Assembly (NCBI GenBank): GCA_963841995.1
Contig: CAWJEX010000003.1
Span: 154,081-218,080, forward strand
Length of the DNA stretch: 64,000 nucleotides
From: an uncultured Alphaproteobacteria bacterium
GTDB lineage: Bacteria; Pseudomonadota; Alphaproteobacteria; DATDPM01
Direction: 5' to 3'
Part shown: one piece after another, positions 39,185 through 52,247 of the stretch
Position numbering within the stretch: the first letter of the stretch is position 1
How the letters are laid out: each line of letters starts with the position of its first letter
Notes under the pieces: generated by a model
Seen by the model: only the letters and a program-made list of their open reading frames with translations
The model's database searches: none
What the model was told of the DNA's origin: nothing
Translations under genes and position numbers: made by a program

Positions 39185-40348
39185 TTAAAGTCCTGGTTCA
39201 GTGGTCTCAAACGCCCAATCCAGCCAGGCCGGAAGGGCTGAGATATCCGCCAATTCCACGGTTCCGCCGGTCCAAACCCGAAGCCCCGGCGGGGCCGTCC
39301 GGTAGGCATTGATGTCGAAGGCAACACCTTCGGTCTCCAAGAGGCTCGAAATCGCTTTGGCCCGGGCGCGCTTTTGGTCTTCGCCCAACCCCTTCAGCCT
39401 TGAGCCTTCAAGACACATGGAGACAGGTGTTGTGGGCCGGATTTCCGGACGTTGCGGCAGCTGGGCGACCCAATCGCATTGGCTGATCCATTGGTCCAGG
39501 ACCGCGCGATTGGCCTTGGCCCTTTCGATCATCCCGCGCAAACCGCCGATCGATTCGATCCAGGCGAGCGAGAACAGTGCGTCCTCGACGCAAAGCATCG
39601 ACGGCGTGTTGATGACGCCGCCTTCCCACAACATCGGATCGAGCTGGTTGTGTTTTTTCAGCCGGAACAGCTTCGGCACCGGCCAGGCCGGCGTGTAACC
39701 CAGTAATCGTTCGATGGCACGCGGACCCAAGACCAGCATCCCGTGCTGAGCTTCGCCGCCCATCGCCTTCTGCCAGGAAAATGTCGCGGCATCGAGAAGG
39801 TCCCAGGGAATATCCGCCGCGAACACCGCCGCCGTCGCATCGCAGATCGTCAGGCCCTGCCGGGTGTCCGGAATCCAATCGCCGCCGGGAACGCAAACAC
39901 CGGCGGTCGTGCCGGTCCAGGGAAAAACCAGATCCCGCGCCGGATCCCAGCGCGACAGATCGGGCATTTCGCCATAGCAGGATTTGAGCACCCGCACATC
40001 GGGAAGCCGGAGCTCGTCGATGGCGTCCCGCGCCCATTCCTGGCCGAAATAGTCGAAAGCGAGAACGTCCAGCCCGCGCGGCCCCAGCAGATTCCACATC
40101 GCGGCTTCGATGGCGCCGGTGTCGGAGCCGGGCAGAATCGCGATCCGGTGGCTTTCCGGAATCCCGAGCAGCGCGCGGGCTTTCGTCAGCAGCTCCTGCA
40201 GCCGCGCCCGTCCCGCTTCCGAGCGGTGATAGCGCCCGGTCAGCGCCGCGGAAAGCTTGGATGCCTCCCAGCCCGGCGGCTTGGCACAAGGCCCGGAAGC
40301 GAAATGCGGATTTGCCGGCCGGACGGCGGGTTTCGGAGGGTGCGTCAT
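39185..40348 (-). CDS. serC: phosphoserine aminotransferase (SerC, short archaeal/alphaproteobacterial type)
   Basis: 'NPHFASGPCAKPPGW...SHRS..G...' matches the short-form SerC N-terminus. A class-V aminotransferase fold follows. Confidence 0.8.
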   Translation of the reverse strand: MTHPPKPAVRPANPHFASGPCAKPPGWEASKLSAALTGRYHRSEAGRARLQELLTKARALLGIPESHRIAILPGSDTGAIEAAMWNLLGPRGLDVLAFDYFGQEWARDAIDELRLPDVRVLKSCYGEMPDLSRWDPARDLVFPWTGTTAGVCVPGGDWIPDTRQGLTICDATAAVFAADIPWDLLDAATFSWQKAMGGEAQHGMLVLGPRAIERLLGYTPAWPVPKLFRLKKHNQLDPMLWEGGVINTPSMLCVEDALFSLAWIESIGGLRGMIERAKANRAVLDQWISQCDWVAQLPQRPEIRPTTPVSMCLEGSRLKGLGEDQKRARAKAISSLLETEGVAFDINAYRTAPPGLRVWTGGTVELADISALPAWLDWAFETTEPGL

Positions 40349-40533
40349 GGGGGGAATAACTTCGATGCGGGCGGTCAGAATATCAATGCCCATTCGAGCG
40401 CGGTAGGCGTGAGAATCCGGATCGTGGGCCGTGGATCAGTTTCGGCGCGATTGTGCGGCAACCGGCACGGTTTCAGAGTAAAATTTACAAGACTTCTCAA
40501 TTGTATCGTATTTCCAACGATGAGCGGGTTGCC

Positions 40534-41100
40534 ATGGCGCGTCTCCCGAAATCACGCAGGCCGGTCGCAATGAAAGATCTGCCCTTGTCCAAGGTCTACC
40601 AGCTGCTCGAACCGGGCCCGGTGGTTCTGCTGACCACCGCCCGTAAGGGCCGCGCCAATGTCATGACGATGTCCTGGCATATGATGGTCGACTTCGAGCC
40701 GCCGCTGGTCGCCTGCGTGGTCAGCGGCGCCAATCACAGCTTTGCCGCGTTGCAGGCGACCGGGGAGTGTGTGATCGCGATTCCGGCGCGGAAGCTGGCG
40801 CCGATTGTGGTCAACGTCGGCAACTCATCGGGTCGCGACATCGATAAGTTCGACGCGTTCGGTCTGACCCCGGCGCCGGCCGAGCGCGTGGCGCCGCCTC
40901 TGGTGGCAGAGTGTTTCGCCAATCTCGAATGCAAGGTGACGGACCCGCGCTTCGTCAACAAATACAATCTCTTCATCCTTGAGGTGCTTAAGGCCTGGAT
41001 CGATCCGGCGCAGAAGAATCCCAAAACCATCCACCATCACGGCTACGGCACGTTCGTCGTGGATGGCGAGACGATCAAGCTGAAATCCAAGATGCCGTGA
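40534..41100 (+). CDS. flavin reductase-like (FMN-binding split-barrel) family protein
   Basis: 'VVLLTTARKGRANVMTMSWHMMVDFEPPLVACVV' is the signature of the flavin reductase-like domain. Confidence 0.7.
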   Translation: MARLPKSRRPVAMKDLPLSKVYQLLEPGPVVLLTTARKGRANVMTMSWHMMVDFEPPLVACVVSGANHSFAALQATGECVIAIPARKLAPIVVNVGNSSGRDIDKFDAFGLTPAPAERVAPPLVAECFANLECKVTDPRFVNKYNLFILEVLKAWIDPAQKNPKTIHHHGYGTFVVDGETIKLKSKMP

Positions 41101-41359
41101 TGCGCGCCGTCAAAGACTTCGGGCCTCGCAAGGCGGATGAGCCTGCGCTTCGAACAAGGCCCGGAGGCGAAATGCGGATTAGCCGGCCGGACGGCGGGTT
41201 TTGGTGGAGTGGTCATGCAGCGAAGATATCTGAGTGATAGTCAGATTATCACCGCGTTTATGATAGCTGTAGGTGTCAGAGAGATGACGGATTTGACCAA
41301 AGGTGGACCTAGCCAACTCAACGTCTTAACGCAATTGAAACGCAACCTAACAACGAAAC

Positions 41360-41997
41360 ATGACCGACCAGAGTCTAGTCGATCGAGCAAGTGAGATTCT
41401 TGAGAGCGCTAAGCTTCTCGACGCCGCCGTCGTAAATGCCCACGCTTTTTGGATGTTGTTAGGCAACCTAGTCGGACGTCCGCTGATTGCAGGGAAGACC
41501 CACACGCGAAAGCGTTGGATATGGCGCGGGCCGCAATCTTGCGAGCAGAAATTAGTGTACTGATGGCAATCCTCGATCCTGCAGATTGGCGAGGTAATCG
41601 AGCGAGTATTGGGCATATCGTAAAGGAGCTAAGAGACGAGCGGCTCTGGGCCCTCCTGCTATCGCGCCGCGAGGGTCAAACAGTGACCCGAAACGCGGCA
41701 AAACTCGCAGAGTTACAGAAGGGCTACAAATGCGTATGTGAAAACGAGTTACTTCAGCGCGTTAAACGATCACGAAACGATTCAATCGCGCATCTTCTCA
41801 GACCCGACATACCAACGCCATCCGTGGAACTCGCCGACGTTTTTTCTCTTCAAAATGAAGCAGAACGGCTCGTGATAACTTTGTTTGAAGGATTAGGAGG
41901 CGGCGAGCCTCAATTTATTGCTGCTCGGGAATCGATTCTTACAAGGGCTGAATTGTTTTGGGACACGTATTTTACTGGGATGCGACGATCGACATAG
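41360..41997 (+). CDS. hypothetical protein in a low-GC islet (frameshifted; possible HEPN-like Rx4-6H motif)
   Basis: The ORFs 41360..41563 and 41449..41997 overlap in different frames and read as one ~210-aa protein. 'RNDSIAH' fits Rx5H. Local GC is clearly lower than in the flanks. Confidence 0.35.
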
Positions 41998-42079
41998 ATT
42001 ACGCCAAATCTCAAACCGCCCCACCGCCAGACCTCGATCCCGCTTGACCCACCCTTCCTCCCGTTCCACCATGCCGGTT

Positions 42080-44085
<2,006 letters not shown>

Positions 44086-44124
44086 GATGGGGCCAAGTAA
44101 CGGCGGAGCGGAATAGCGCCGCGC

Positions 44125-44940
44125 TTATTTTTTCGCGGAAGTCTTTAGGGTGTGGCCGTGATTGATCGGCCCGAAGCCGCTGCCGAATTGCGGCGCCGAG
44201 CGAATAGCCTCAAGGACGTAATTTCTCGCCCGCACCACCGAATCGCGGATGCTCATGCCTTGGGCCAGGCTGACCGCGATCGCCGAAGCCAGCGTGCAGC
44301 CCGTTCCATGGGTATGACGGGTGTCGAGACGCGGGCTTTCGAAGACTTCGAACCCGTTTTCATCGTGCAAGATGTCGTGGACGACATTGCTGCGCTCGCT
44401 CCGCAGATCCCCGCCCTTGAGCAGAACCGCCTTCGGTCCCAGGGTGTGGATCATCTCCGCCGCGTGTTTCATGTCGTCGAGGTCGCGAATCGTCATGCCG
44501 GTCAGGGCCTCGGCTTCGGGCACATTGGGCGTTGCCACCGTGGCGTCGAGAAGCAAGACGCGCTTGAGGGTTTCGAGGGCCGAGTGCTTGAGAAGCTGCC
44601 GGCCGCCCTTGGCGATCATCAACGGATCGACGACGATGGGAATCCGCGACACCAAGGGGGCGATAATCTGGCCCACCGCTTCGATGATGGCGGCGGAGTA
44701 GAGCATGCCGGTTTTGATGCAATCCGCGCCAATATCCGAAAGCACCACCTCCATCTGCTTCGTCACGATGTCGACGGGAATGCAATGGATGGCGTGAATG
44801 TCATGGGTGTCCTGCGCGGTGACCGCGGTGATCGCGGTCGCGGCATAGCCGCCCAGCGCCGTCACGGTCTTGATATCGGCTTGGATTCCGGCGCCGCCGC
44901 TCGAGTCGCTGCCGGCGACGATAAGAACGCGACCTTTCAT
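44125..44940 (-). CDS. thiD: hydroxymethylpyrimidine/phosphomethylpyrimidine kinase ThiD
   Basis: 'VLIVAGSDSSGGAGIQADIKT' and the ribokinase-like fold. Confidence 0.9.
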   Translation of the reverse strand: MKGRVLIVAGSDSSGGAGIQADIKTVTALGGYAATAITAVTAQDTHDIHAIHCIPVDIVTKQMEVVLSDIGADCIKTGMLYSAAIIEAVGQIIAPLVSRIPIVVDPLMIAKGGRQLLKHSALETLKRVLLLDATVATPNVPEAEALTGMTIRDLDDMKHAAEMIHTLGPKAVLLKGGDLRSERSNVVHDILHDENGFEVFESPRLDTRHTHGTGCTLASAIAVSLAQGMSIRDSVVRARNYVLEAIRSAPQFGSGFGPINHGHTLKTSAKK

Positions 44941-44950
44941 CGAGATTTCC

Positions 44951-46309
44951 TCAGCTGGCCGCGCGCTCGATCGCGCGCTCGATCGCGCGCAAGACCTCAT
45001 CGATGACCGTGCCGACCATGTCTTCGTCGTCGCCTTCCGCCATGACGCGAATGACCGGTTCGGTGCCCGATTTGCGGATCAAAAGCCGGCCCCGGGTGCC
45101 CAAGCGTGCTTCGCAATTCCGGATCGCCGTCCGCACCGCATCCGATTCGAGCGGCTGGCCGCCATTGACCCGGACGCTGCGGAGCATTTGCGGCAAGGGC
45201 GTGAAAATCCGGCAGACTTCGCTGGCCCGGCGGTTGGACCGCACGATGGCGCTCAGCACCTGAAGGGCCGCGATCAAGCCGTCGCCGGTCGTCGAATGAT
45301 CGGCGAGAATGATGTGTCCCGATTGCTCGCCGCCGATGTTGAGGCCGTGGCGGCGCATATGTTCCACCACATAGCGGTCGCCGACCTGGGTGCGCGCCAG
45401 ACCGATGCCAATCGATTCGAGATAGCGCTCGAGCCCGAGATTGGACATCACGGTCGCCGCCACCGCGCCGCCCTTCAAGCGGTCGGATTGCTGCCAGGTT
45501 TGCGCGACCAGCGCCATGATCTGATCGCCGTCGAGAGTCGCGCCGTTCTCGTCGGCGAGGATGACGCGGTCGGCATCGCCGTCCAGCGACAGGCCGAGAT
45601 CGGCGCCGTGCATCACGACTTGCTGCCGCATTAACTCGGTATCGGTGGCGCCGCACCCTTGATTGATGTTGAAGCCATCGGGATCGACGCCGACCGGAAT
45701 GACTTCGGCCCCGAGCTCCCACAACACGGTGGGCGCCACGCGGTAAGCCGCACCGTTGGCGCAGTCGATGACGATCTTCAGGCCGTCGAGACGCAGGCCC
45801 TTCGGGAAACTGTTTTTGACATATTCGATATAGCGCCCTTGGGAATCGTCGAGGCGCCGGGCGCGGCCCAATCGGCCGGGGGTGGCGAGTTTTTCGGTGA
45901 CGCCGGTGGCGACCCGCTTTTCGATTTCATTTTCGACCGCATCCGACAGCTTAAATCCATCGGGACCGAATAGCTTGATGCCGTTGTCTTGATACGGATT
46001 GTGGGATGCGGAAATGACGACGCCGAGATCGGCGCGGAGCGAACGCGTCAGCATGGCAACCGCCGGTGTCGGCAGCGGCCCGACCAGGACCACGTCCATG
46101 CCCATCGAAATGAACCCGGCGGTCAGCGCCGGCTCCAGCATATAGCCGGAGAGCCGGGTGTCCTTGCCGATGACGGCGAGATGGCGGTGGTCGCCGCGAA
46201 TGAAATGATGGCCCGCGGCCTTGGCAACGCGGAGCGCCGTCTCGGCCGTCATGGGCTCGACATTGGCGGTGCCGCGGATGCCGTCGGTGCCGAAGAGTTT
46301 TGAGCGCAT
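44951..46309 (-). CDS. glmM: phosphoglucosamine mutase GlmM
   Basis: 'LFGTDGIRG' and the active-site '[10 protein letters not shown]'. The C-terminus has a 12-bp tandem duplication giving '[10 protein letters not shown]'. Confidence 0.95.
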   Translation of the reverse strand: MRSKLFGTDGIRGTANVEPMTAETALRVAKAAGHHFIRGDHRHLAVIGKDTRLSGYMLEPALTAGFISMGMDVVLVGPLPTPAVAMLTRSLRADLGVVISASHNPYQDNGIKLFGPDGFKLSDAVENEIEKRVATGVTEKLATPGRLGRARRLDDSQGRYIEYVKNSFPKGLRLDGLKIVIDCANGAAYRVAPTVLWELGAEVIPVGVDPDGFNINQGCGATDTELMRQQVVMHGADLGLSLDGDADRVILADENGATLDGDQIMALVAQTWQQSDRLKGGAVAATVMSNLGLERYLESIGIGLARTQVGDRYVVEHMRRHGLNIGGEQSGHIILADHSTTGDGLIAALQVLSAIVRSNRRASEVCRIFTPLPQMLRSVRVNGGQPLESDAVRTAIRNCEARLGTRGRLLIRKSGTEPVIRVMAEGDDEDMVGTVIDEVLRAIERAIERAAS

Positions 46310-46430
46310 TCCCCTGCAATCCCCCACGAATCATCGCCGATAGGCCGCTAATAAATTGTTACTCGCCGCTTTTATCGGCCGCTTTTACCGGAATTTCCCG
46401 GGCATCGATAGTATTCCACAGGAAGAGGAT

Positions 46431-47579
46431 TCAGCCCAGCGGGCCATGGACGGCGTCCCAGACCGCCAGCGCCTGCCGGGTCTCGGCGACGTCGTGTACC
46501 CGCAAGATTTGGCAGCCCTCGGATACCGCGGCCAGGGCCGCCGCCAGGGATCCGGGGAGTCTTTTGCCGGCCGGTTCGCCGCCGCTAGATCCCGAGACGA
46601 ATCCCTTGCGCGAAACCCCGATCATGAGACCGCAGCCCAAGCCGTGATAGAGGCCAAGGCGGTTCAGGATCTCGGTATTGTGCTGCCTGGTCTTGCCGAA
46701 GCCGATGCCGGGATCGACGACGATCTTGCTGCGCGGAATTCCGGCTCCCTCGCATGCCTTAATCCGCGTATCGAGTGCGTCGAAAACGTCGAGTGCGGCA
46801 TCCTCATAATGAGGATTGTTCTGCATCGTCGCCGGGATGCCTTGCATGTGCATGAGCACGACAAAGGCGCCGGTCTTGGCCGCCACCGAAACACTTCGCG
46901 GATCGCCGCCGAGCGCGCTGACGTCATTGATGATTTGCGCGCCCATGCCCATGGCCGCGTTCATCACGTCCGCGTTGCGGGTGTCGACGGAGACGACGGC
47001 ACCTTGAGCGGCCAATTGGCGAATGACGGGCAGGACGCGGCGTAGCTCCTCATCGGGGGAAACGGGCGTTGCGCCGGGTCTCGTCGATTCGCCGCCGATA
47101 TCGAGAATGGCCGCACCTTCCTGGCGCAGGGCATTCGCCTTGCCAAGCGCGTCCTCCGCCGCAAAAAATTCGCCGCCATCCGAAAAGCTATCCGGCGTAA
47201 CGTTGATGATCCCCATGAGGACGGTTTGGCCGGCACTTCCGGCGACGAGCGACAGACCCGCAAAATCGGGCCGCGGGCGGGTAAGCCGTGAAAATCTTTC
47301 CCCCGCGTCGGCGGCAACGATGCCCCCGGCCCCGTCGCACCAATCGAGAAGATCTTCGACCGAAACCAGAATCGAGTGGCTGTTGCGCAAGATGATCTCG
47401 CACAGGGTGAAAGCAAGATCGCCGCCAGCGAGAGCTTTTCCGCGCCCCGCTGCAATCGCTACTCTGCCTTCCATGCCTGAGAGCAGGCCCGCGGGACGTA
47501 GATAGAGGCCTTCGCTGGCCGCCCGCGGATTGTCGAGATAGGCCGCAACCTCAGCCGGGGTCGCAGCGAATTCGATCAT
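46431..47579 (-). CDS. folP: dihydropteroate synthase FolP with a ~110-aa N-terminal extension
   Basis: The core 'LMGIINVTPDSFSDGG...DIGGESTRPG' is present. The ORF is open for ~110 codons upstream of the usual start. Confidence 0.8.
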   Translation of the reverse strand: MIEFAATPAEVAAYLDNPRAASEGLYLRPAGLLSGMEGRVAIAAGRGKALAGGDLAFTLCEIILRNSHSILVSVEDLLDWCDGAGGIVAADAGERFSRLTRPRPDFAGLSLVAGSAGQTVLMGIINVTPDSFSDGGEFFAAEDALGKANALRQEGAAILDIGGESTRPGATPVSPDEELRRVLPVIRQLAAQGAVVSVDTRNADVMNAAMGMGAQIINDVSALGGDPRSVSVAAKTGAFVVLMHMQGIPATMQNNPHYEDAALDVFDALDTRIKACEGAGIPRSKIVVDPGIGFGKTRQHNTEILNRLGLYHGLGCGLMIGVSRKGFVSGSSGGEPAGKRLPGSLAAALAAVSEGCQILRVHDVAETRQALAVWDAVHGPLG

Positions 47580-47599
47580 ACGGGTGTAGGAGGGCTCGG

Positions 47600-49537
47600 T
47601 CAGGTTCCCGGCTGCGGCTCGGGCTCGAGGCCGCCAGGCTTTTCCTGCTTGTCCTTGGCGCCGCCGCTGGTCGGCACGGAAGACCGCCGGCCTTTGCGCT
47701 TGACCGGGGGCTCATCGTCCGGGTTCGGGCGGACGATGGGCTCGCCGCGCAGTAAGGCTCTGACCTCGTCGCCGGAAAGGGTCTCGTATTCGAGCAGCGC
47801 TTTGGCGACCTTATGGAGATCGTCCAAATGATCGGTCAGGATCTTGCGCGCGCGCTTTTCCGAGGCCTCGACGAATTTGCGGATTTCCTCATCGATGATT
47901 TGGGCGGTGTGGTCCGAGATGTTCTTGCGCTGAGTGACCGAATGGCCGAGGAACAACTCCTGCTCGTTCTCGGAATAGCGCAGCGGGCCCAATTTATCGC
48001 TGAAGCCGAATTCGGTAACCATGCGGCGGGCAATCTCGGTCGCCCGGCGAATATCGTCTTGGGCGCCGGTCGTGATATTGGCTTCGCCGAACACCAGCTC
48101 TTCCGCCAAGCGGCCACCGAATAAGCTCGTCATCAGCGCTTCCAGCTCTTTTTTCGATTGGCTGAAGCGATCGCGCTCGGGAAGGAACATGGTCATGCCC
48201 AGCGCCCGGCCGCGCGGGATGATTGTCACCTTGTGCAACGGCTCGTGGCCTTCGATGAACAGCATGACCAGCGCATGCCCGCCTTCGTGATAGGCGGTCA
48301 GCTTCTTTTCTTCGTCGGTCATCACCATGGAACGCCGCTCGGCGCCCATCATCACCTTGTCCTTGGCGTCTTCGAGCTCGGCCATGGTGACGTAGCGCTT
48401 ATTGCGCCGCGCGGCCAACAACGCCGCCTCGTTCACCAGATTGGCAAGATCGGCGCCCGAAAACCCGGGGGTGCCGCGAGCAATCACCTTGGCGTCCACA
48501 TCCGGGGCCAGCGGCACGCTGCGCATATGGACCTTCAAAATCTTTTCGCGGCCGACGATATCCGGATTCGGCACCACGACCTGGCGGTCGAAGCGTCCGG
48601 GGCGCAGAAGCGCTGGATCCAGCACGTCCGGCCTATTGGTCGCGGCGATGAGGATCACCCCTTCATTGGCCTCGAAGCCGTCCATCTCGACGAGCAATTG
48701 ATTGAGCGTTTGTTCCCGCTCGTCATTGCCGCCGCCTAGCCCTGCGCCGCGATGGCGGCCCACCGCGTCGATTTCATCGATGAAGATAATGCAGGGTGCG
48801 TTCTTCTTTCCCTGCTCGAACATGTCGCGCACCCGGCTCGCGCCGACGCCGACGAACATTTCGACGAAATCGGAGCCGGAAATGGTGAAGAACGGCACAT
48901 TCGCTTCGCCGGCGATCGCCCGGGCGAGCAAGGTCTTGCCGGTCCCCGGGGGACCAACCAACAACACGCCCTTCGGGATCTTTCCGCCGAGGCGCTGGAA
49001 TTTCTGCGGGTCGCGGAGGAACTCGACGATTTCTTCGACCTCCTGCTTGGCCTCTTCGACGCCCGCCACGTCCTCGAAAGTGACGCGGCCGAGCTTTTCG
49101 GTCAGCAGCCTCGCCCGCGATTTGCCGAAGCCCATCGCCTTGCCCCCGCCGGCCTGCATCTGGCGCATGAAGAAAATCCACACGCCGATAAGCAACAGCA
49201 TCGGGAACCAAGACACCAAAACGCCGAAGAGCGACGGCACGCCCTCGTCGGCCTGGGTGGCGCTGAATTTCACGCCCTTGTCCTTGAGGCGATCAACCAA
49301 TTTGGGATCTTCCGGCGCGGTGGTGGAAAAAGTCCGGCCGTCGGTGAAGTGACCGGTGACCTGATTCCCGGCGATGTTGACGTCGGCGACTTGCGAATTT
49401 TCCACCTGGGTCAAGAAGTCCGAATAGCCAATATTCGACTGCTGCCGGTTCGCCGATCCGTTGAACAACTGAAAGAGCGCCACCAGCAGCAAGCCGATGA
49501 TCACCCACAGCGCCAGATTTTTGCTGAAATTGCTCAC
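47600..49537 (-). CDS. ftsH: ATP-dependent zinc metalloprotease FtsH
   Basis: It has the AAA Walker A 'GPPGTGKT' and the HExxH 'HEGGHA', in a 645-aa product. Confidence 0.95.
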   Translation of the reverse strand: MSNFSKNLALWVIIGLLLVALFQLFNGSANRQQSNIGYSDFLTQVENSQVADVNIAGNQVTGHFTDGRTFSTTAPEDPKLVDRLKDKGVKFSATQADEGVPSLFGVLVSWFPMLLLIGVWIFFMRQMQAGGGKAMGFGKSRARLLTEKLGRVTFEDVAGVEEAKQEVEEIVEFLRDPQKFQRLGGKIPKGVLLVGPPGTGKTLLARAIAGEANVPFFTISGSDFVEMFVGVGASRVRDMFEQGKKNAPCIIFIDEIDAVGRHRGAGLGGGNDEREQTLNQLLVEMDGFEANEGVILIAATNRPDVLDPALLRPGRFDRQVVVPNPDIVGREKILKVHMRSVPLAPDVDAKVIARGTPGFSGADLANLVNEAALLAARRNKRYVTMAELEDAKDKVMMGAERRSMVMTDEEKKLTAYHEGGHALVMLFIEGHEPLHKVTIIPRGRALGMTMFLPERDRFSQSKKELEALMTSLFGGRLAEELVFGEANITTGAQDDIRRATEIARRMVTEFGFSDKLGPLRYSENEQELFLGHSVTQRKNISDHTAQIIDEEIRKFVEASEKRARKILTDHLDDLHKVAKALLEYETLSGDEVRALLRGEPIVRPNPDDEPPVKRKGRRSSVPTSGGAKDKQEKPGGLEPEPQPGT

Positions 49538-49633
49538 AATCCCAAGCCCTTACAGGGATTAGCCCCTGCCGTTGCGGCAGCCGCTTCGGGGACAGGTTCC
49601 CTTACGCCCCTATGAAATAGTGTGCGCCACCAT

Positions 49634-50935
49634 TTAAGCAACTGAAAATCCTGCGCGGGTCAGGGAATTTGCGGGTTGCCATACGACCCGGCAAAGTCCG
49701 TCACCGCGGCGCAATTTAGCACGACGATAGCCCAGATGGGGCACCGCAACGACCCCCTTGGAGTCCCAGAGAGCGGGAAGCGAAAAACGCGCCGGCAGCG
49801 GAATGGCGCTTTCGCGGAGCGTGGGCGCCGCTTGAACGATTTCCCGCCAACCCTCGTAACCAAGTGGTCCCAACCACGTTGCTCCGCCCCGATCGGAGCG
49901 CACGATCTTAAATCGCCCATCCCAAAGGAAGGAATTCCCGGGCGGCGCTATGGCAGCGGTCGCCGCCCTGGCCTCTTCCCGGCAAATGAGAATCGACCCA
50001 CCATCCTCCACGGAGGGCTGACGGACGATCCGGCAGCCGGCAAGCGTACGGGCAAATGTTTCGGCAGCGGGGGAGGCGCGAAGATCCGCGCATAAACTCT
50101 CAAGCTTCTCCCCTCGCGGTGGGTAGCCGGCGCCCGACACACAAAGCAGGCAGCGCTGCACCGAATCCGCGGCAATGTCGGCGGGCGCCGCGTTGACCAT
50201 CGCCCCGTCGAGTTCGACAAAGCCGGACGGGTCGACGGCTGCCGCCCGCGCAAGAAACTTGGCGACAATTCTCTCGCGCGCTCGCCGCGCCAATCCGAGT
50301 TCGCCCGCGCTGCGGGCGATCCGGGACGCCAGAACGGCGATTCCGCCGAATTCCGACAAGAACTGCCTCACCTCGACCCGGGCGAAGCCGAGATTCTTAT
50401 TGCTCGGATCCTCGATCCATCCTTGCTTGCCGGCCTGTAACGTTGCGATGAGCCGCGCCTTGGGCAGGATCAGCAAGGGCCGCAGGATCCGGAGATCGGG
50501 CTCCTCCGAAATCCCGGACATCGCCGCCAGCCCGCCGACCCCGCTTCCCCGATCCAGGCGCAAAAGAAAGGTCTCTGCTTGATCGTCGCGAGTATGGGCC
50601 ACCAGCAAGTGCAAGATGCCCTTACGGCGGCACCATTCGCTCAGCAGCCGATAGCGCGCCGTCCGAGCAGCGGCTTGAATCCCCGTGCGGGGCTTCGGCC
50701 CTGTCCAGGTCAGAATGTGATGAGCGACCCCGGCATCGCGCAGCCAGCGGCCAACGGCCCTCGCCTCTCCCGCCGAATCCTTGCGCAGGCCGTGATCGAC
50801 GGTTAGTGCCACGATCCGGCCACGTCTCTTGGCGGCCCACGCCGCCGCAAGAAATGCCAGCGCCAAGCTATCCGGTCCGCCTGAGACGGCAACGGCAAGG
50901 CTAGGTCTTGGTTCGAAGGGCGCGAAAGGCGCCAT
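49634..50935 (-). CDS. tilS: tRNA(Ile)-lysidine synthetase TilS
   Basis: It has the PP-loop 'AVSGGPDSLAL'. It sits in the conserved position between cpoB and ftsH. Confidence 0.85.
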   Translation of the reverse strand: MAPFAPFEPRPSLAVAVSGGPDSLALAFLAAAWAAKRRGRIVALTVDHGLRKDSAGEARAVGRWLRDAGVAHHILTWTGPKPRTGIQAAARTARYRLLSEWCRRKGILHLLVAHTRDDQAETFLLRLDRGSGVGGLAAMSGISEEPDLRILRPLLILPKARLIATLQAGKQGWIEDPSNKNLGFARVEVRQFLSEFGGIAVLASRIARSAGELGLARRARERIVAKFLARAAAVDPSGFVELDGAMVNAAPADIAADSVQRCLLCVSGAGYPPRGEKLESLCADLRASPAAETFARTLAGCRIVRQPSVEDGGSILICREEARAATAAIAPPGNSFLWDGRFKIVRSDRGGATWLGPLGYEGWREIVQAAPTLRESAIPLPARFSLPALWDSKGVVAVPHLGYRRAKLRRGDGLCRVVWQPANSLTRAGFSVA

Positions 50936-51025
50936 CAGCGCCGCGAATTCCCGGGAGCGAATTGGGGTGCGAACCGGGTCCGCGGGAGAGCAGGCTGAGC
51001 CAGTTCGGGTCCTAGGCAGGCGGGA

Positions 51026-52063
51026 TCACCTGCAGTTGCGCTGCTTGCGTTCGGCAGCGGCGCGGTCCCGGATATCGGCCCGGGCAGTGGGGAATTTCTT
51101 GTCGATCTCGGCGAAGGCTTTGCAAGCCGGGTCGTTCTGACCGAGATTGCCGAGCGACAAACCGAGTTTCAACAAATTGTCCGGAGCTTTCGAGCCGTTT
51201 GAAAATCGCTTATAGCCGTCGGCATAGGTGACCGCGGCATTGGTGTAGTCGGACCGGACGTAATAGGTCTCGGCCAGCCAGTATTCGGCGTTTTCCGTCA
51301 GTTCGTTGTTGGGATAGGCCTTGAGAAAGGCTCTCAAGCTTTTCTCCGCGCCGGGGTAATCGGCCTTGGCGAGCTGGGCGCGCGCAAATTGATATTGTTC
51401 CATCGGGCTGCCTTGGGGCAGCGACTCCTCGGTGGAAGCGGTTGCCGGCTGCTCGGCCCCGGCTGTCGCCGCGCCGGGAGCGACCTGCGCCGTCTCGGTC
51501 TTCTCGCCGGGCTTGGCCGCCCCGGCCACGCCAGCCGCATTAAATCCGGGCGGCTTGGTCGCCGCCGCAGACGTTGGTTCGGTTGCCGCCGCGACCGCCG
51601 GATTCGACTCAGCCCCCTTGGCCTTCTGCTCGATTGCCGTCAGGCGCATATCCACGTCGGCAACGAGCTTGTCGAGGCGGGTTCGCAATTCGTCGATCGA
51701 ATGCCTCTCTTCCTCCACGCCGCCGGTCACGCTGCGCATTTGCGATTCAAGGGTGCTCATGCGCACTTCCATGTCGGCGGCGGCATTCCCGGAGATGCCC
51801 GACGGTCCACCGGGCGGCGCCCCAGGCGAAGGAGCCGGCGTATCGCCATCTTCCAACTTGCCCCGATAAACCTGCCGTTGCAGAAGATTGAGATCGCGCT
51901 CCAACCGGTCGAGGCGGTCGAGGATTGGCCGATAGTCATCGCCGCCTTGGTCTTGCTGGGCTTGCGCCTGAACGGTAGCGAAACTAAGGGCGGCAAGCAG
52001 ACCGAGCGCGACGATACCGCTCTGCCATAACGCGTCGATTCTGCTGCTTCGGCTCATCGCCAT
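51026..52063 (-). CDS. cpoB: Tol-Pal system protein CpoB/YbgF
   Basis: It has a signal peptide, a coiled coil and a C-terminal TPR ('YQFARAQLAKADYPGAEKSLRAFLKAYPN...'). It sits directly downstream of pal. Confidence 0.8.
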   Translation of the reverse strand: MAMSRSSRIDALWQSGIVALGLLAALSFATVQAQAQQDQGGDDYRPILDRLDRLERDLNLLQRQVYRGKLEDGDTPAPSPGAPPGGPSGISGNAAADMEVRMSTLESQMRSVTGGVEEERHSIDELRTRLDKLVADVDMRLTAIEQKAKGAESNPAVAAATEPTSAAATKPPGFNAAGVAGAAKPGEKTETAQVAPGAATAGAEQPATASTEESLPQGSPMEQYQFARAQLAKADYPGAEKSLRAFLKAYPNNELTENAEYWLAETYYVRSDYTNAAVTYADGYKRFSNGSKAPDNLLKLGLSLGNLGQNDPACKAFAEIDKKFPTARADIRDRAAAERKQRNCR

Positions 52064-52247
52064 GGTTGGGTATCTCAAACCCCAGGATTGCGCTTTCTCG
52101 CGGATGGAGCGCCTCACGCAAGAGTTGAGACATTCCGCGGAAACCGGCGACTATGCCCTCAAAATTAGGAAAAAATAAGGCGCTTTCCCCACCCCTGGCG
52201 CATAACGCCCGAAGCCGGAAAAGCGCCTATCTCAGGCCGAAACCGCC

